Shown: positions 40,386 to 51,228 of the stretch, piece after piece
Position numbering within the stretch: the stretch's first letter is position 1
Layout: each line of letters begins with the position of its first letter
Assembly: GCF_036365525.1 (NCBI RefSeq)
Contig: NC_090404.1
Location: forward strand, 11,064,550-11,128,549
DNA length: 64,000 nt
Direction of reading: 5' to 3'
From: Heterodontus francisci
Lineage: Eukaryota
Notes under the pieces: generated by a model
Databases searched by the model: none
What the model was told of the DNA's origin: nothing
Seen by the model: only the letters and a program-made list of their open reading frames with translations
Translations under genes and position numbers: made by a program

Positions 40386-42425
40386 ATGGCAAGCCCCTCT
40401 TCGCCGGTGGCGGGGCCTTCCCGTTCATATGCTGCTGCGGCTGCTGCAGCTGCACCTGTTGCCCCGTCACCTTTTGCTTTATTAACAACGAAGCATGGGG
40501 TCAAGAGCTACGTCCACCCGAACATGACTATAGAGGCATGCGTGAAAGCAATGGCCGAGGTTGTCGGCCCTTCGGCCATTGTTGCAGCCTCTAAAATGTA
40601 CGGGAAGGCAGTGTTTTTCCTGAAGACCGAGCGGGCGGTGTCCCTGGCTCTGAGCAAGGGGCTCACCGTGGGCGGGACCTTTCTGCCAGTGGACCCCCTG
40701 GAGGCCACTGCGCAAAGGCTCATTTTATCCAATGTCCCACCCTTCATCCCTGGTGAGCTCCTCCTTCCCCACCTGCACCATCTGGGGGAGGTAAAGACGG
40801 GGCTCACCCCAGTCCCGCTCGGTCTTCGGGAGAACAGCCTCCGACACGTCTACTCCTTCCGCCGCCAGTTATTCATGCAGCTGGCGCGGGAGGAGGTGAC
40901 AGAGGGCCACTTCAATGTCGAATTCCAGGGGACGGCCTACCGCGTCTTCTGGACCTTGGACGGGGTGCGGTGCCATGTCTGTAAGGGGGTGGGGCATGTT
41001 CGTAAGAACTGCCCCAACCTCCCGGCTGCCAACTCCAACTCAGCGGCCCAGGGTGGCGACGCTGCACCTCCTCCCACCCCCACTACACCACCACCAGATA
41101 CCATTCAGTCGGTACCGGAGGCTGTGGTTTTCACGGCCTCCGGCAGGGAGGGGGGTGACCGTCCAAGTGGAAGGAAGGCGCGGAGGAGAAATAAACATCG
41201 AGAGGCGCGTCCCCTGGATATCATGACACTACCCGAGCCTGAGCTCAGCCCAAGGCCCGATCTCGGGAAGTCAACTTGCCCCAGGGCTGGGCTCAGGCCC
41301 AGGGTGAATAAAAAAAAGGAGAGTGTGGAGGTGGAGGCCTCTGATGATATGGAGGTCTCTGAGCCTCCGCACACAACTGGGAAAAAGAGGAGAAGGCACC
41401 CCTCCACAGAGGTAACAAGGGGCCCTGAGGCGCAGGGCCCATCTGTTGGAGGGGAGCTGTCTCCTGTTTCGGGTCCCCAGGTTTCCCCTACCGCCACCAC
41501 CAAGGCTGCAAAGTCCGGGCAGGTGCTCCCAATTCCTCAGGATGGAGGGAAGGGGATGGCCCCGGTACATGAGGCCCCTACAGAAGGAGTAAGTGGGGCC
41601 CTGCTTGTGGTGGGGGAGCCTGGGGAAGCCGCCCATTCTGCCACTGCTACTGGGTCGGGTGTCCTGAATGAAGGGGAGGGCGAGGCCCCAGAGGGTCGGG
41701 CCTCCCAGCCGGAGTCCACTACCAACCAGGAGACACCCGACCCAGTTATAACTGAGAATGCTGCCCCACCTGCTGGGCCTGTGGGTGCTGGCGGAGCGGG
41801 AGATAGCCTCCTCCCTCCGCCTCCAATCTCGGCTCCGGCTGGTTTCCCGGAGTCGGGAACTTCTGTCTCCCCTGGACCACTCATTGCCCTGGGGACGGAG
41901 GTGGAGGGGGGTCCTGAGCCGCTGGTGCCTACAGGCTCCAGTTTCACAATAGAACCCAGAGAGGACTCCTCCGCCATCGATCCTGGGGGTGGGATCGTGA
42001 CGGAGGCGGGACCAGCTGGCGCGGCCGGGACGTCCGCCCCACAGTGTGTGGTGGATGTGTTGGCCGCTGGCGGTGACGACCCGGAGGAGGATGGGGATTC
42101 GGTGCGGGGCACGGAGGATGATCTTGATTCCATCGCCAGTGAGGTGGTGGAGTCCCTCGTGCCTCCCACCGAATCTCCTCTCATCCCCACGGCGGAACTC
42201 CGGGATTTCCTCGCGGCTTGCAGGGGTTGCCGCAATAAAGTTCAGCTGGCCCTCGACCGTTGGTCGAATCTGGCGCTGATCATCCAGTCCGTCCGTGCCG
42301 CCCTTAAGATAGCGGGTAAGCGCGCGGACGTGAAACTGGTTGAGAGGCGCCGTTTTAATGTGTTCCTCAATGGGTTGCTGGGGGAGTGGAGGGCCAGGTG
42401 CACTTCCACTCCCTCCTCACAGTGA
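40386..42425 (+). CDS. Tx1 ORF1p (RRM-like region, CCHC zinc knuckle, long Pro/Gly/Glu-rich region)
   Basis: SIVAASKMYGKAVFFL, ILSNVPPFI, CHVCKGVGHVRKNC. Confidence 0.9.
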   Translation: MASPSSPVAGPSRSYAAAAAAAAPVAPSPFALLTTKHGVKSYVHPNMTIEACVKAMAEVVGPSAIVAASKMYGKAVFFLKTERAVSLALSKGLTVGGTFLPVDPLEATAQRLILSNVPPFIPGELLLPHLHHLGEVKTGLTPVPLGLRENSLRHVYSFRRQLFMQLAREEVTEGHFNVEFQGTAYRVFWTLDGVRCHVCKGVGHVRKNCPNLPAANSNSAAQGGDAAPPPTPTTPPPDTIQSVPEAVVFTASGREGGDRPSGRKARRRNKHREARPLDIMTLPEPELSPRPDLGKSTCPRAGLRPRVNKKKESVEVEASDDMEVSEPPHTTGKKRRRHPSTEVTRGPEAQGPSVGGELSPVSGPQVSPTATTKAAKSGQVLPIPQDGGKGMAPVHEAPTEGVSGALLVVGEPGEAAHSATATGSGVLNEGEGEAPEGRASQPESTTNQETPDPVITENAAPPAGPVGAGGAGDSLLPPPPISAPAGFPESGTSVSPGPLIALGTEVEGGPEPLVPTGSSFTIEPREDSSAIDPGGGIVTEAGPAGAAGTSAPQCVVDVLAAGGDDPEEDGDSVRGTEDDLDSIASEVVESLVPPTESPLIPTAELRDFLAACRGCRNKVQLALDRWSNLALIIQSVRAALKIAGKRADVKLVERRRFNVFLNGLLGEWRARCTSTPSSQ

Positions 42426-42457
42426 GCTGTTGGTGACGGGTTTTAAGTACCTTTGAC

Positions 42458-45400
42458 ATGAAGATAACCATAGCCAGCCTCAACATCAACGGCAGCAGAG
42501 GGGCTCACCGCAGATTTCACAATCTCTCAGTCCTTAGGGAAGGGAGATACGCGGTGAGCTTTCTGCAGGAAACCCACACCGTTCCGGGAGACGAAGCCAC
42601 CTGGCTCCTGGAGTGGCAGGGTGGGGTCTACATGAGTCACCTCACCCCTATTTCTAGTGGGGTGGCTATCTTGTTGGCCCCGACTTTTCAGCCGGAGATC
42701 TTGGGGGTCAAGGAGCTAGTGCCGGGCCGCTTGCTCCACCTCGCCGTTCGCCTGGGTAGCGTGCCGCTCCACTTTGTGAACGTGTACGCGCCCAGGCCCG
42801 GCGCTTTGCAAGCGCGCTTCTTTGAAGAAGTGTCCGCTCTCTTGAGCTCCATCGATAGCGGCGAGTGCATCATCCTCGGGGGGGATTTTAACTGCACCCT
42901 CGAGGTGGGGGATCGCTCCGGTCCCCAGCGCGGCCAAGCGTCGGTGGAGAAGTTGAGGGGACTGATCAGCTCCCTTAACTTGGTGGACGTCTGGCGGAAT
43001 CTCCATCCCGACTCCAGCGCCTTCACGTGGAGGTCTGGAGGAGGGGGGTCGCGAATCGACCGCCTCTACATTTCGCAGGCGTACGTCTCCCGCGTCTCGG
43101 CGGCCTCCATACGGCTGGTGCCGTGCTCGGACCACCGCCTGGTGTGGGCGGAGTTCACTCCGCTCCGCACGCGGGCGGGGTCCGCGTACTGGCACTTTAA
43201 CAACCGGCTGCTGGAGGACGTGCGATTTCGGGACTCGTTCTGTCGATTCTGGGCCGACTGGAGAAGGAAGCAGGGGGGCTTCCCCTCCTTGAGGCTATGG
43301 TGGGATGTGGGCAAGACTCACATCCGCGTCTTCTGTCAGGAGTACGCGAAGGGGTCGACCAAAAGGCGGGAAGCCGAGATCGGGCGCCTTGAGAGGGAGG
43401 TGCTCGACTTGGAATCCCGCCTCGGTCATGCCGTCGCGGACCCGGCCCTGTGGCAGGCGTACAAAGAGAAGAAGGGCGCGCTGAGGAACCTGCAGCTCAT
43501 AGGGTCCCGAGGCGCGTACGTGAGGTCGCGGATCCAGATCCTGCAAGATTTGGACCGCGCCTCACCCTTCTTCTACTCGCTGGAAAAATGGCGGGGGGTC
43601 CGTAAGCAGCTCGTTGAGCTGCTGGCCGACGACGGATCCTCCATCACGGATCCGGAGGGAATGGGCCTCCTGGTCCGGACGTATTACAGTGCGTTGTTCT
43701 CTCCGGATCCGTCCAGTGAGGATGCGCGCAGATATTTGTGGGAGGACCTGCCGCAGGTCAGCCCGGAGGGCGCCGAAGGATTGGAGGCTCCGCTCACGTT
43801 GGCGGAGCTGACTGGCGCCCTCCACCATCTCTCGAGGGGCAAATCCCCAGGGCTGGATGGGTTGACCGTGGAGTTCCTCAGGGCGTTCTGGGATGTCCTG
43901 GGGGACGATTACGCGGGGGTCCTGGGGGAAAGCCTGGCGACCGGGGAGATGCCCCTCTCGTGGCGCAGGGCGGTCATCGTCCTGCTGCCGAAGAGGGGCG
44001 ATCTCCGCCTGCTTAAAAACTGGCGTCCGGTCTCCCTCCTCAGCACGGATTATAAGATCTTTGCCCGGGCTATGTCTACCCGCCTGGGCTCCGTGCTGGC
44101 CCACATGATCCACCCCGACCAGTCCTACACAGTCCCGGGCCGGTCCATCCAGGACAACATCCACCTGGTCCGGGACCTGATCCATCTTTCCCAGAGGACT
44201 GGTCAGTCGGTCGCCTTTCTCTCCCTCGATCAGGAGAAGGCGTTCGACAGGGTGGATCACGATTACCTTTTCGGGACTCTGCGCGCTTTCGGACTCGGAC
44301 CGCATTTCGTGGCCCGGGTCCGACTTTTATACGCCGCCGCAGAGTGTCTAATCAAGGTTAACGGGTCCTTGACGGCGCCCCTTCGATTTGGGAGAGGAGT
44401 GCGTCAGGGGTGCCCCATGTCCGGCCAATTGTATACCATCTGCGTGGAGCCCTTCCTGTGCCTGCTTCGCAGGAGGTTGACGGGATTGGCTCTGCGCGAG
44501 CCGGCCATGCGGGTCGTCCTCTCGGCTTACGCCGACGACGTGCTCCTCGCAATCACAGATCCCGTTGACTTGCGGAGGATGCGCGACTGCCAGCAGACCT
44601 TTTCTGCCGCGTCCTCCGCGAGGATCAATTGGGAGAAATGTTCTGGACTCCTGGTTGGTCAGTGGCGGGTGGACTCCCTGCCGGAGGAGATGACACCTTT
44701 TGCGTGGAGCACCACGCACCTCCTCTATCTGGGAGTCCACCTTAGCCCCGCTGAGGAAGCCTGGCTGGCAAACTGGCAGGAGTTGGAGGCGAAAGTCACC
44801 GCTCGGCTGGGGCGCTGGACAGGACTGCTCAGAGTGCTTTCCTACAGGGGCCGAGCGTTGGTCATAAACCAACTGGTGGCCTCCATGCTGTGGTACCGGT
44901 TGGTCACTTTGGCCCCGCCCCCTGTATTTGCCACCAAGATCCAGAAGAAACTCGTCGATTTCTTCTGGGGCAAGAGGAAACACTGGGTCTCTGCCGTGGT
45001 CCTGAGTCTCCCGATCGAGGAGGGCGGTCAGTCGCTGGTGTGCGTCCGCACCCAGGCTGCGACTCTCCGCCTTCGGACCCTGCAGAGATACCTGTACGTC
45101 GAGCGTCCTCCCAGATGGTGTGCGCTGGCGACGTATTTTTTCCGCCAGTGTCACTGCCTTCAAGACGACACGCAGCTCCCGGTGGAGTCCGTTAGCCGCG
45201 CCTCTCTGAGGGAGTTGCCTGTCTTTTACCGGGATCTTTTCCGAGTCTGGAACATGGTCGCCTCCAGTCAGGGCGCTCCCCCGCCGGCGGAGGAGAGCGC
45301 CTCGGCTGTCCGGGCGGCCGACTCCGGGGACGGTCCGGCGGGCGGAGGAGTAGCCGAAACCCCCGGGGCGCCCCTCACTGCGGGTGGCGAGGGGGCTCGG

Positions 45401-46195
45401 GAGTGCGGAGCGATCCCGGCCGAGTTGACCCCCGCTCGGCCGGAACTGCTCATCGGACCCAGGCCCCGAAACCCTCCTCGGGAGCCGGTCCCGCACAACC
45501 CGAGCCGCCTCTCGGAAATGCCCTCCGTGCCATTCCAATCGGCGCGGAGGGGTTTCCTGTACGGGCTGTTCCTGCACACTCTCCACTTCCTCGCCCTCGT
45601 CAGCCGGCCGGACACGCCCTGGCGGTCCGCGTTGCCATCTGGCGGCGAGGGGAAACCCCGATGGAGGTCTCTCTACGCGGGAGTCTTCCCCCTTTACATC
45701 GGGGACCTGGGGTGGAGGGTGCTGCACAGAGCAGTCCCGTGCAATAGGCTTTTAAGTAGGTTCACGGACTCCCAGGCCACCTGTACTTTCTGCGGCCTGG
45801 ACGAGTCCGTGTTCCACGTTTATACGGAGTGTGCGAGGTTGCAGCCCCTATTTGAGTATCTGAAGGGGCTGCTCCTCAAATTCTGGCTGCACTTCAGTCC
45901 CACGCTCCTGATCTTTGGGCACCCGGTGCGGAGGGGCTCGGGCCGGGAGGAGGATCTCCTCGTCGGTCTGCTCCTGGGCCTGGCCAAGGTGGCAATTCAC
46001 AGGTCCAGGTTGCGGGCCGTCGGGGGGTCCGTCCTCCCCGATTGCCTGCCCCTCTTCCGCGGTTACGTTCGCGCCCGGGTGTCCCTGGAAAAGGAGCATG
46101 CGGTATCCGCCGGTACGCTTGAGGCCTTCCGCGACCGGTGGGCACCGCAGGGACTGGAGTGCATCGTCGACGCCGAGAATGGCATTTTAATTTGA
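42458..46195 (+). CDS. Tx1 ORF2p (APE endonuclease, RT, zf-RVT), 1245 aa, intact
   Basis: SLNING, LQETH, GGDFN, SRIDR, SDH; KSPGLDG, DQEKAFD, QGCPMS, YADD; CTFC...ESVFHVYTEC. Confidence 0.96.
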   Translation: MKITIASLNINGSRGAHRRFHNLSVLREGRYAVSFLQETHTVPGDEATWLLEWQGGVYMSHLTPISSGVAILLAPTFQPEILGVKELVPGRLLHLAVRLGSVPLHFVNVYAPRPGALQARFFEEVSALLSSIDSGECIILGGDFNCTLEVGDRSGPQRGQASVEKLRGLISSLNLVDVWRNLHPDSSAFTWRSGGGGSRIDRLYISQAYVSRVSAASIRLVPCSDHRLVWAEFTPLRTRAGSAYWHFNNRLLEDVRFRDSFCRFWADWRRKQGGFPSLRLWWDVGKTHIRVFCQEYAKGSTKRREAEIGRLEREVLDLESRLGHAVADPALWQAYKEKKGALRNLQLIGSRGAYVRSRIQILQDLDRASPFFYSLEKWRGVRKQLVELLADDGSSITDPEGMGLLVRTYYSALFSPDPSSEDARRYLWEDLPQVSPEGAEGLEAPLTLAELTGALHHLSRGKSPGLDGLTVEFLRAFWDVLGDDYAGVLGESLATGEMPLSWRRAVIVLLPKRGDLRLLKNWRPVSLLSTDYKIFARAMSTRLGSVLAHMIHPDQSYTVPGRSIQDNIHLVRDLIHLSQRTGQSVAFLSLDQEKAFDRVDHDYLFGTLRAFGLGPHFVARVRLLYAAAECLIKVNGSLTAPLRFGRGVRQGCPMSGQLYTICVEPFLCLLRRRLTGLALREPAMRVVLSAYADDVLLAITDPVDLRRMRDCQQTFSAASSARINWEKCSGLLVGQWRVDSLPEEMTPFAWSTTHLLYLGVHLSPAEEAWLANWQELEAKVTARLGRWTGLLRVLSYRGRALVINQLVASMLWYRLVTLAPPPVFATKIQKKLVDFFWGKRKHWVSAVVLSLPIEEGGQSLVCVRTQAATLRLRTLQRYLYVERPPRWCALATYFFRQCHCLQDDTQLPVESVSRASLRELPVFYRDLFRVWNMVASSQGAPPPAEESASAVRAADSGDGPAGGGVAETPGAPLTAGGEGARECGAIPAELTPARPELLIGPRPRNPPREPVPHNPSRLSEMPSVPFQSARRGFLYGLFLHTLHFLALVSRPDTPWRSALPSGGEGKPRWRSLYAGVFPLYIGDLGWRVLHRAVPCNRLLSRFTDSQATCTFCGLDESVFHVYTECARLQPLFEYLKGLLLKFWLHFSPTLLIFGHPVRRGSGREEDLLVGLLLGLAKVAIHRSRLRAVGGSVLPDCLPLFRGYVRARVSLEKEHAVSAGTLEAFRDRWAPQGLECIVDAENGILI

Positions 46196-46350
46196 GTTTT
46201 TTTGTTTATTTATCTGTTTTAATAAAGTTATTTTAAAACTGTAAATATGTACATAAAGGGGGCCTGAGGGATAAAGGCCCCCTCGATGTGAAAAATATAA
46301 AAGGGGCCTGGGGTATAAAGGTCACCTTGTAAAAAAAAGAAAAAAAAAAA

Positions 46351-46968
46351 CGGGGTTAAATACAGAGTAAAGCTCCCTCTACAAAAAAAAAAAAAACGGG
46401 GTTAGATACAAGCACCGTGAAGAGCGTCTGCAGGCCAAGAAGGTAGAGATCATTAAGACTCTGTCCAAGGAAGAAGAATCTACAAAATAAGTATAGACTT
46501 GCAAGTTAATTAAAAATTACTCATCGGAAAAAAAAACGGGGTTAGATACAGAGTAAAGTTCCCTCTGCACTCTCTCCATCAAACACTCCCATGACATGTA
46601 CAGCACGGGGTTAGATACAGAGTAAAGCTCCCTCTACATTGTCCCCAACAAACACTCCCATGACAGGTACAGCACGGGGTTAGATACAGAGTAAAGCTCC
46701 CTCTGCACTCTCCCCATCAAACACTCCCATGACAGGTACAGCACGGGGTTAGATACAGAGTAAATAATAAAGAAAAAAAACGGGGTTAGACACAGAGTAA
46801 AGCTCCCTCTGCACTCTCCCCATCAAACACTCCCATGACAGGTACAGCACGGGGTTAGATACAGTGTAAATAATAAAGAAAAAAAACGGGGTTAGATACA
46901 GAGTAAAGCTCCCTCTACACTGTCCCCATCAAACACTCCCAGGACAGGTACAATACGGGGTTAAATAC
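46351..46968. repeat. 69-bp satellite (Tx1 target), continuing at 39505-39635 and 49456-49930
   Basis: Unit CGGGGTTAGATACAGAGTAAAGCTCCCTCT(A/G)CACT...AAACACTCCCA(T/G)GACAGGTACAGCA; starts at 46537, 46606, 46675. Confidence 0.93.
46411..46536 (+). pseudogene. RPL19: Processed pseudogene fragment, 3' end of ribosomal protein L19 mRNA
   Basis: HREERLQAKKVEIIKTLSKEEESTK* (stop 46488-46490), ATTAAA 46509-46514, poly(A), TSD CGGGGTTAGATACA. Confidence 0.9.
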
Positions 46969-49455
46969 TCCCCAGGGCTGGATGGGTTGACTGTGGAGTT
47001 CCTCAGGGCGTTCTGGGACGTCCTGGGGGACGATTACGCGCGGTTCCTGGGGGAAAGCCTAGCGACCGGGGAGATGCCCCTCTCGTGGCGCAGGGCGGTC
47101 ATCGGCCTGCTGCCGAAGAGGGGCAATCTCTGCCTGCTTAAAAACTGGCGTCCGGTCTCCCTGCTCAGCATGGATTATAAGATCTTTGCCCGGGCTATGT
47201 CTACCCGCCTGGGCTCCGTGCTGGCCCACATGATCCACCCCGACCAGTCCTACACGGTCCCAGGCCGGTCCATCCAGGATAACATCCACCTGGTCTGGGA
47301 CCTGATCCATCTTTCCCAGAGGACTGGTCAGTCAGTCGCCTTTCTCTCCCTCGATCAGGAGAAGGCATTCGACAGGGTGGATCACGAATACCTTTTTGGG
47401 ACTCTGCGTGCTTTCGGACTCGGGCCGCATTTCGTGTCTGGTCAATGTGTCTGGTCCTTGACAGCGCCCCTTCGCATTGGGAGAGGAGTGCATCAGGGAT
47501 GCCCCATGTCTGGCCAATTGTATACCATCTGCGTGGAGCCCTTCCTGTGCCTGCTTCACAGGAGGTTGACGGGATTGGCTCTGCGCGAGCTGGTCATGCA
47601 GGTCGTCCTCTCCTCTTACGCCGACGACCTGCTCCTCATGGTCACAGATCCCGTTGACTTGCAGAGGATGCATAACTGCCAGCAGACCTTTTCTGCTGCG
47701 TCCTCTACGAGGATCAATTGAGAGAAATGTTCCGGACTCCTGGTTGGTCAGTGGCGGGTGGACTCCCTGCCGGAGGAGATGACACCTTCTCTATCTGGGA
47801 GTCCACCTTAGCCCCGCTGCAAAAGCCTGGCCGGCAAACTGACAGGAGTTGGAGAAGAAAATCACTGCTCGGCTGGGGCGCTGGACAGGACTGCTCCGAG
47901 TGCTTTCCTATAGGGGCCGAGCGCTGGTCATAAATCAGCTGGTGGCCTCCATGTTGTGGTACCGGTTGGTCACTTGGGCCCCGCCCCCTGCATTTGCCAA
48001 CAAGATCCAGAAGAAACTCGTCGATTTCTTCTGGGGCAAGAGAAAACACTGGGTCTCTGCCACGGTCTTGAGTCTCTCAATTGAGGAGGGCGGCCAGTCA
48101 CTGGTGTGCGTCCGCACCCAGGCTACGACTCTCCGCCTTCGGACCCTGCAGAGATACCTGTACGTCGAGCGTCCTCCTAGATGGTGTGCACTGGCGATGT
48201 ATTTTTTCCGCCAGTGTTACTGCCTTCAAGACGACGTGCAGCTCCCGGTGGAGTCCGTTAGCCGCGCTTCTCTGAGGGAGTTGCCTGTCTTTTACCAGGA
48301 TCTATTCCGAGTCTGGAACATGGTCGCCTCCAGTCAGGGCGCTCCCCCGCCGGCGGAGGTGAGTGCCTCGGCTGTCTGGGCGGCCGAGTCCGGGGACGGT
48401 CCGGCGGGCGGAGGAGTAGTCGAAACCCCCGGGACGCCCCTCACTGCGGGTGGCGAGGGGGCACGGGAGTGCGGAGCGCTCCTGGCCGAGCTGACTCCCG
48501 CTCGGCCGGAACTGCTCATCAGACCCAGGCCCCAAAACCCTCCTCAGGAGCCGGCCCCGCACTACCCGAGCCGCCTCTCGGAAATGCCCTCCATGCCATT
48601 CCAATTGGCGCGGAGGGGTTTCCTGTACGGGCTGCTCCTGCACACTCTCCACTTCCTCGCCCTCGTTAGCCAGCCAGACACGCCCTGGCAGTCTGCATTG
48701 CCATCTGGCGGCAAGGGGAAACCCCGATGGAGGTCTCTCTACGCGGGAGTCTTCCCCCTTTACATCGGGGACCTGGGGTGGAGGGTGTTGCACAGGGCAG
48801 TCCCGTGCAATAGACTTTTAAGTAGGTACACGGACTCCCAGGCCGCCTGTATTTTCTGCGGCCTGGACGAGTCCGTGTTCCACATATATATGGAGTGTGC
48901 GATGTTGCAGCCCCTCTCTGAGTATTTGAAGGGGCTGCTCCTCAAGTTCTGGCTGCACTTCAGTCCCAGGCTCATGATCTTTGGCACTCGTGAGCGGAGG
49001 GGCGTGGGCCGGGAGGAGGATCTCCTCGTCAGTCTGCTCCTGGGCCTGGCCAAGGTGGCAATTCACAGGTCCAGGTTGTGGGCCGTCGGGGGGTCCGTCC
49101 TCCACGATTGCCTGCCCCTCTTCCGCAGTTATATTCGCGCCCGGGTATCCCTGGAAAAGGAGCATGCGGTGTCCGCCGGTACGCTTGAGGCCTTCTGCAA
49201 CCGGTGGGCACCGCTGGGACTGGATTGCATCCTCGACGCCGAGAATGGCATTTTAATTTGAGTTTTTTTGTTTATTTATCTGGTTTTACTAAAGTTATTT
49301 TAAAACTGTAAATATGTATATAAGGGGAGCCTGAGGAATAAAGGCCCCCTCGATGTGAAAAATATAAAAGGGGCCTGGGGTATAAAGGCCACCTTAGAGA
49401 AAAAAAAACGGGTTAAGGAAAAAAGAGAAAAGAAACCCCCCCCCCTCCAAAAAAA
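46969..49455 (+). mobile_element. 5'-truncated, frameshifted Tx1 copy
   Basis: ORFs 46987-47721 and 47849-49261 closely match ORF2; TSD ACGGGGTTAAATAC at 46955-46968 and 49456-49469. Confidence 0.95.
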
Positions 49456-50655
49456 ACGGGGTTAAATACAGAGTAAAGTTCCCTCTGCACTCTCCCCAAC
49501 ATATACACCCATGATAGGTACAGCACGGGGTTAGATACAGAGTAAAGCTCCTTCTACACTCTCCCCATCAAAAAAGAGGGAAAAAAGGGGCTTAGATACG
49601 GAATAAAACTCACTCTACACTGTGCAATCAAAGGCTCCGAGAGCTGATACATCTCGGTTAGATATAGAACAAAGCTTCCTTTACACTTTCCCGTCAATCA
49701 TTTCCAGGGGAAGCGCACATTGTGCTGGATACAAATTGAAACCTCCACCTACACTGTCCAATGAAACATCCCCAGATGAAATTCAGCATGGCTTAGATAC
49801 AGAGTAAAGCTCCATCTGCACTGTTCCATCAAACACTCCCAGAGCAGGTACAGTATGGGTCAGATACAGAATAAAGTTCGCTTGACATTGTGTCATCAAA
49901 AGGTCCCAGAGTAGCTGTAGTACGGATTATATACATCAGGACGTGTTACAGCGAACACTTACATGCCAACTGCTGCAGCTTTTAAATAAAACTCAGAGCT
50001 CCCTTTCGTCTGCCCCACAAAATACCCCCATGTCAGGTGCATCTCAGCTGACGCACGGAATATATCTGTTATCCCGTTCCACTAAATACTCCAATCTCAG
50101 GTATAATACGATTACCTGCAAACTGAAGGCACCCTTTCCCATTCAGCAATCCCAGTTAGATACAACTTGTTATAATATTCCTCTATTGCAGCCCAATAAT
50201 GCTTTTGAACCAAATACAACATCTTGTCATTATATTGTCAACTGATAAAAGTTTGAAGCGTCAGATTTCCAGTGTTGACCCGCCTATCATTCAGTTTGTG
50301 GTTCAGTGGATAAAATAATGTTTGGACATGGAAACCGAATTGAGTAAACCTGATAACTATGTCGGCTAACACCGGGGCAAATTCACCCTTAAAACTGCCT
50401 CATTGTCATATAAACCCAACGAGTTCACTGATATCCTTAACCTATATCAGGGTTATAGTTAGAATTATTCAAAGGGAAGAGTGAATTCAGAGGTGTTTTA
50501 GATTTCCAATTCCCACTTGAAGAGTGTTGCCAGTGAAAGTTTATTTTCAAATCCTCGGATACCACGGTCAGCTGATGTCGAATTGCTTTGTGTGTGAAAT
50601 CATTTACAAGTGCCTCATACGATATTAGCTATCTGCTGATGTGCTTATCTATACA

Positions 50656-50756
50656 TTACAAACAATTTAACCTTAAGTGCCACACACGCGCAGTCATGAT
50701 CACATTGACCAAGAGCAGTCTGATGAAGAGCAGGGGCAAACCCATTTCACTGAAAC
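50656..50756 (-). CDS. TCR alpha/delta-type transmembrane exon
   Basis: Pyrimidine tract + GCAG acceptor, phase 1; FSEMGLPLLFIRLLLVNVIMTARVWHLRLNCL*; matches the GxRxLxxKxxxxNxxMTxRxW pattern (not in the ORF track). Confidence 0.85.
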
Positions 50757-51072
50757 CTGCCCCACAGGAGAGAGAACAGTGAGAACTAGAATAAAAAAAA
50801 CCTTACCAAATATCGTATTTGCAACGTATCAATGCAATACGTTATTTCAAAAGATTTCGCACAATAGTCTATATTTACATGCATGCGTCTCTGTTTTGTA
50901 TGTCTTTGTGCGTGTGTTACTGCTACCTGTGTACGTGTCAGTGTGGTGTGGGTGTCGGTTATTTCTGTGCGTGCATCTCTGTGTGTCTGAGAGGGTATGC
51001 ACATCATTTAATGTGTGTCTGTGTTTGTATATGTGTCCGGCTGTGTTGTGTGTCCGGCTGTGTGTACTTTGT

Positions 51073-51228
51073 NNNNNNNNNNNNNNNNNNNNNNNNNNNN
51101 NNNNNNNNNNNNNNNNNNNNNNNNNNNNNNNNNNNNNNNNNNNNNNNNNNNNNNNNNNNNNNNNNNNNNNNNNNNNNNNNNNNNNNNNNNNNNNNNNNNN
51201 NNNNNNNNNNNNNNNNNNNNNNNNNNNN
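51073..51228. other. Assembly gap (156 N) beside a (GT)-rich tract
   Basis: Run of N. Confidence 1.

Larger units (their letters stand above)
39636..46350 (+). mobile_element. Full-length Tx1-clade non-LTR retrotransposon
   Basis: Two intact ORFs, CpG-rich, poly(A) tail; flanked on both sides by the 69-bp repeat at CGGGG. Confidence 0.95.

Noticed and set aside
44348-45727. 459-aa and other antisense ORFs over Tx1
   Set aside because: Shadow frames of a GC-rich coding sequence.
46351-46968. CRISPR-like repeat/spacer appearance
   Set aside because: Eukaryotic satellite; the intervening pieces are poly(A)-tailed retroinsertions with TSDs; no cas genes.
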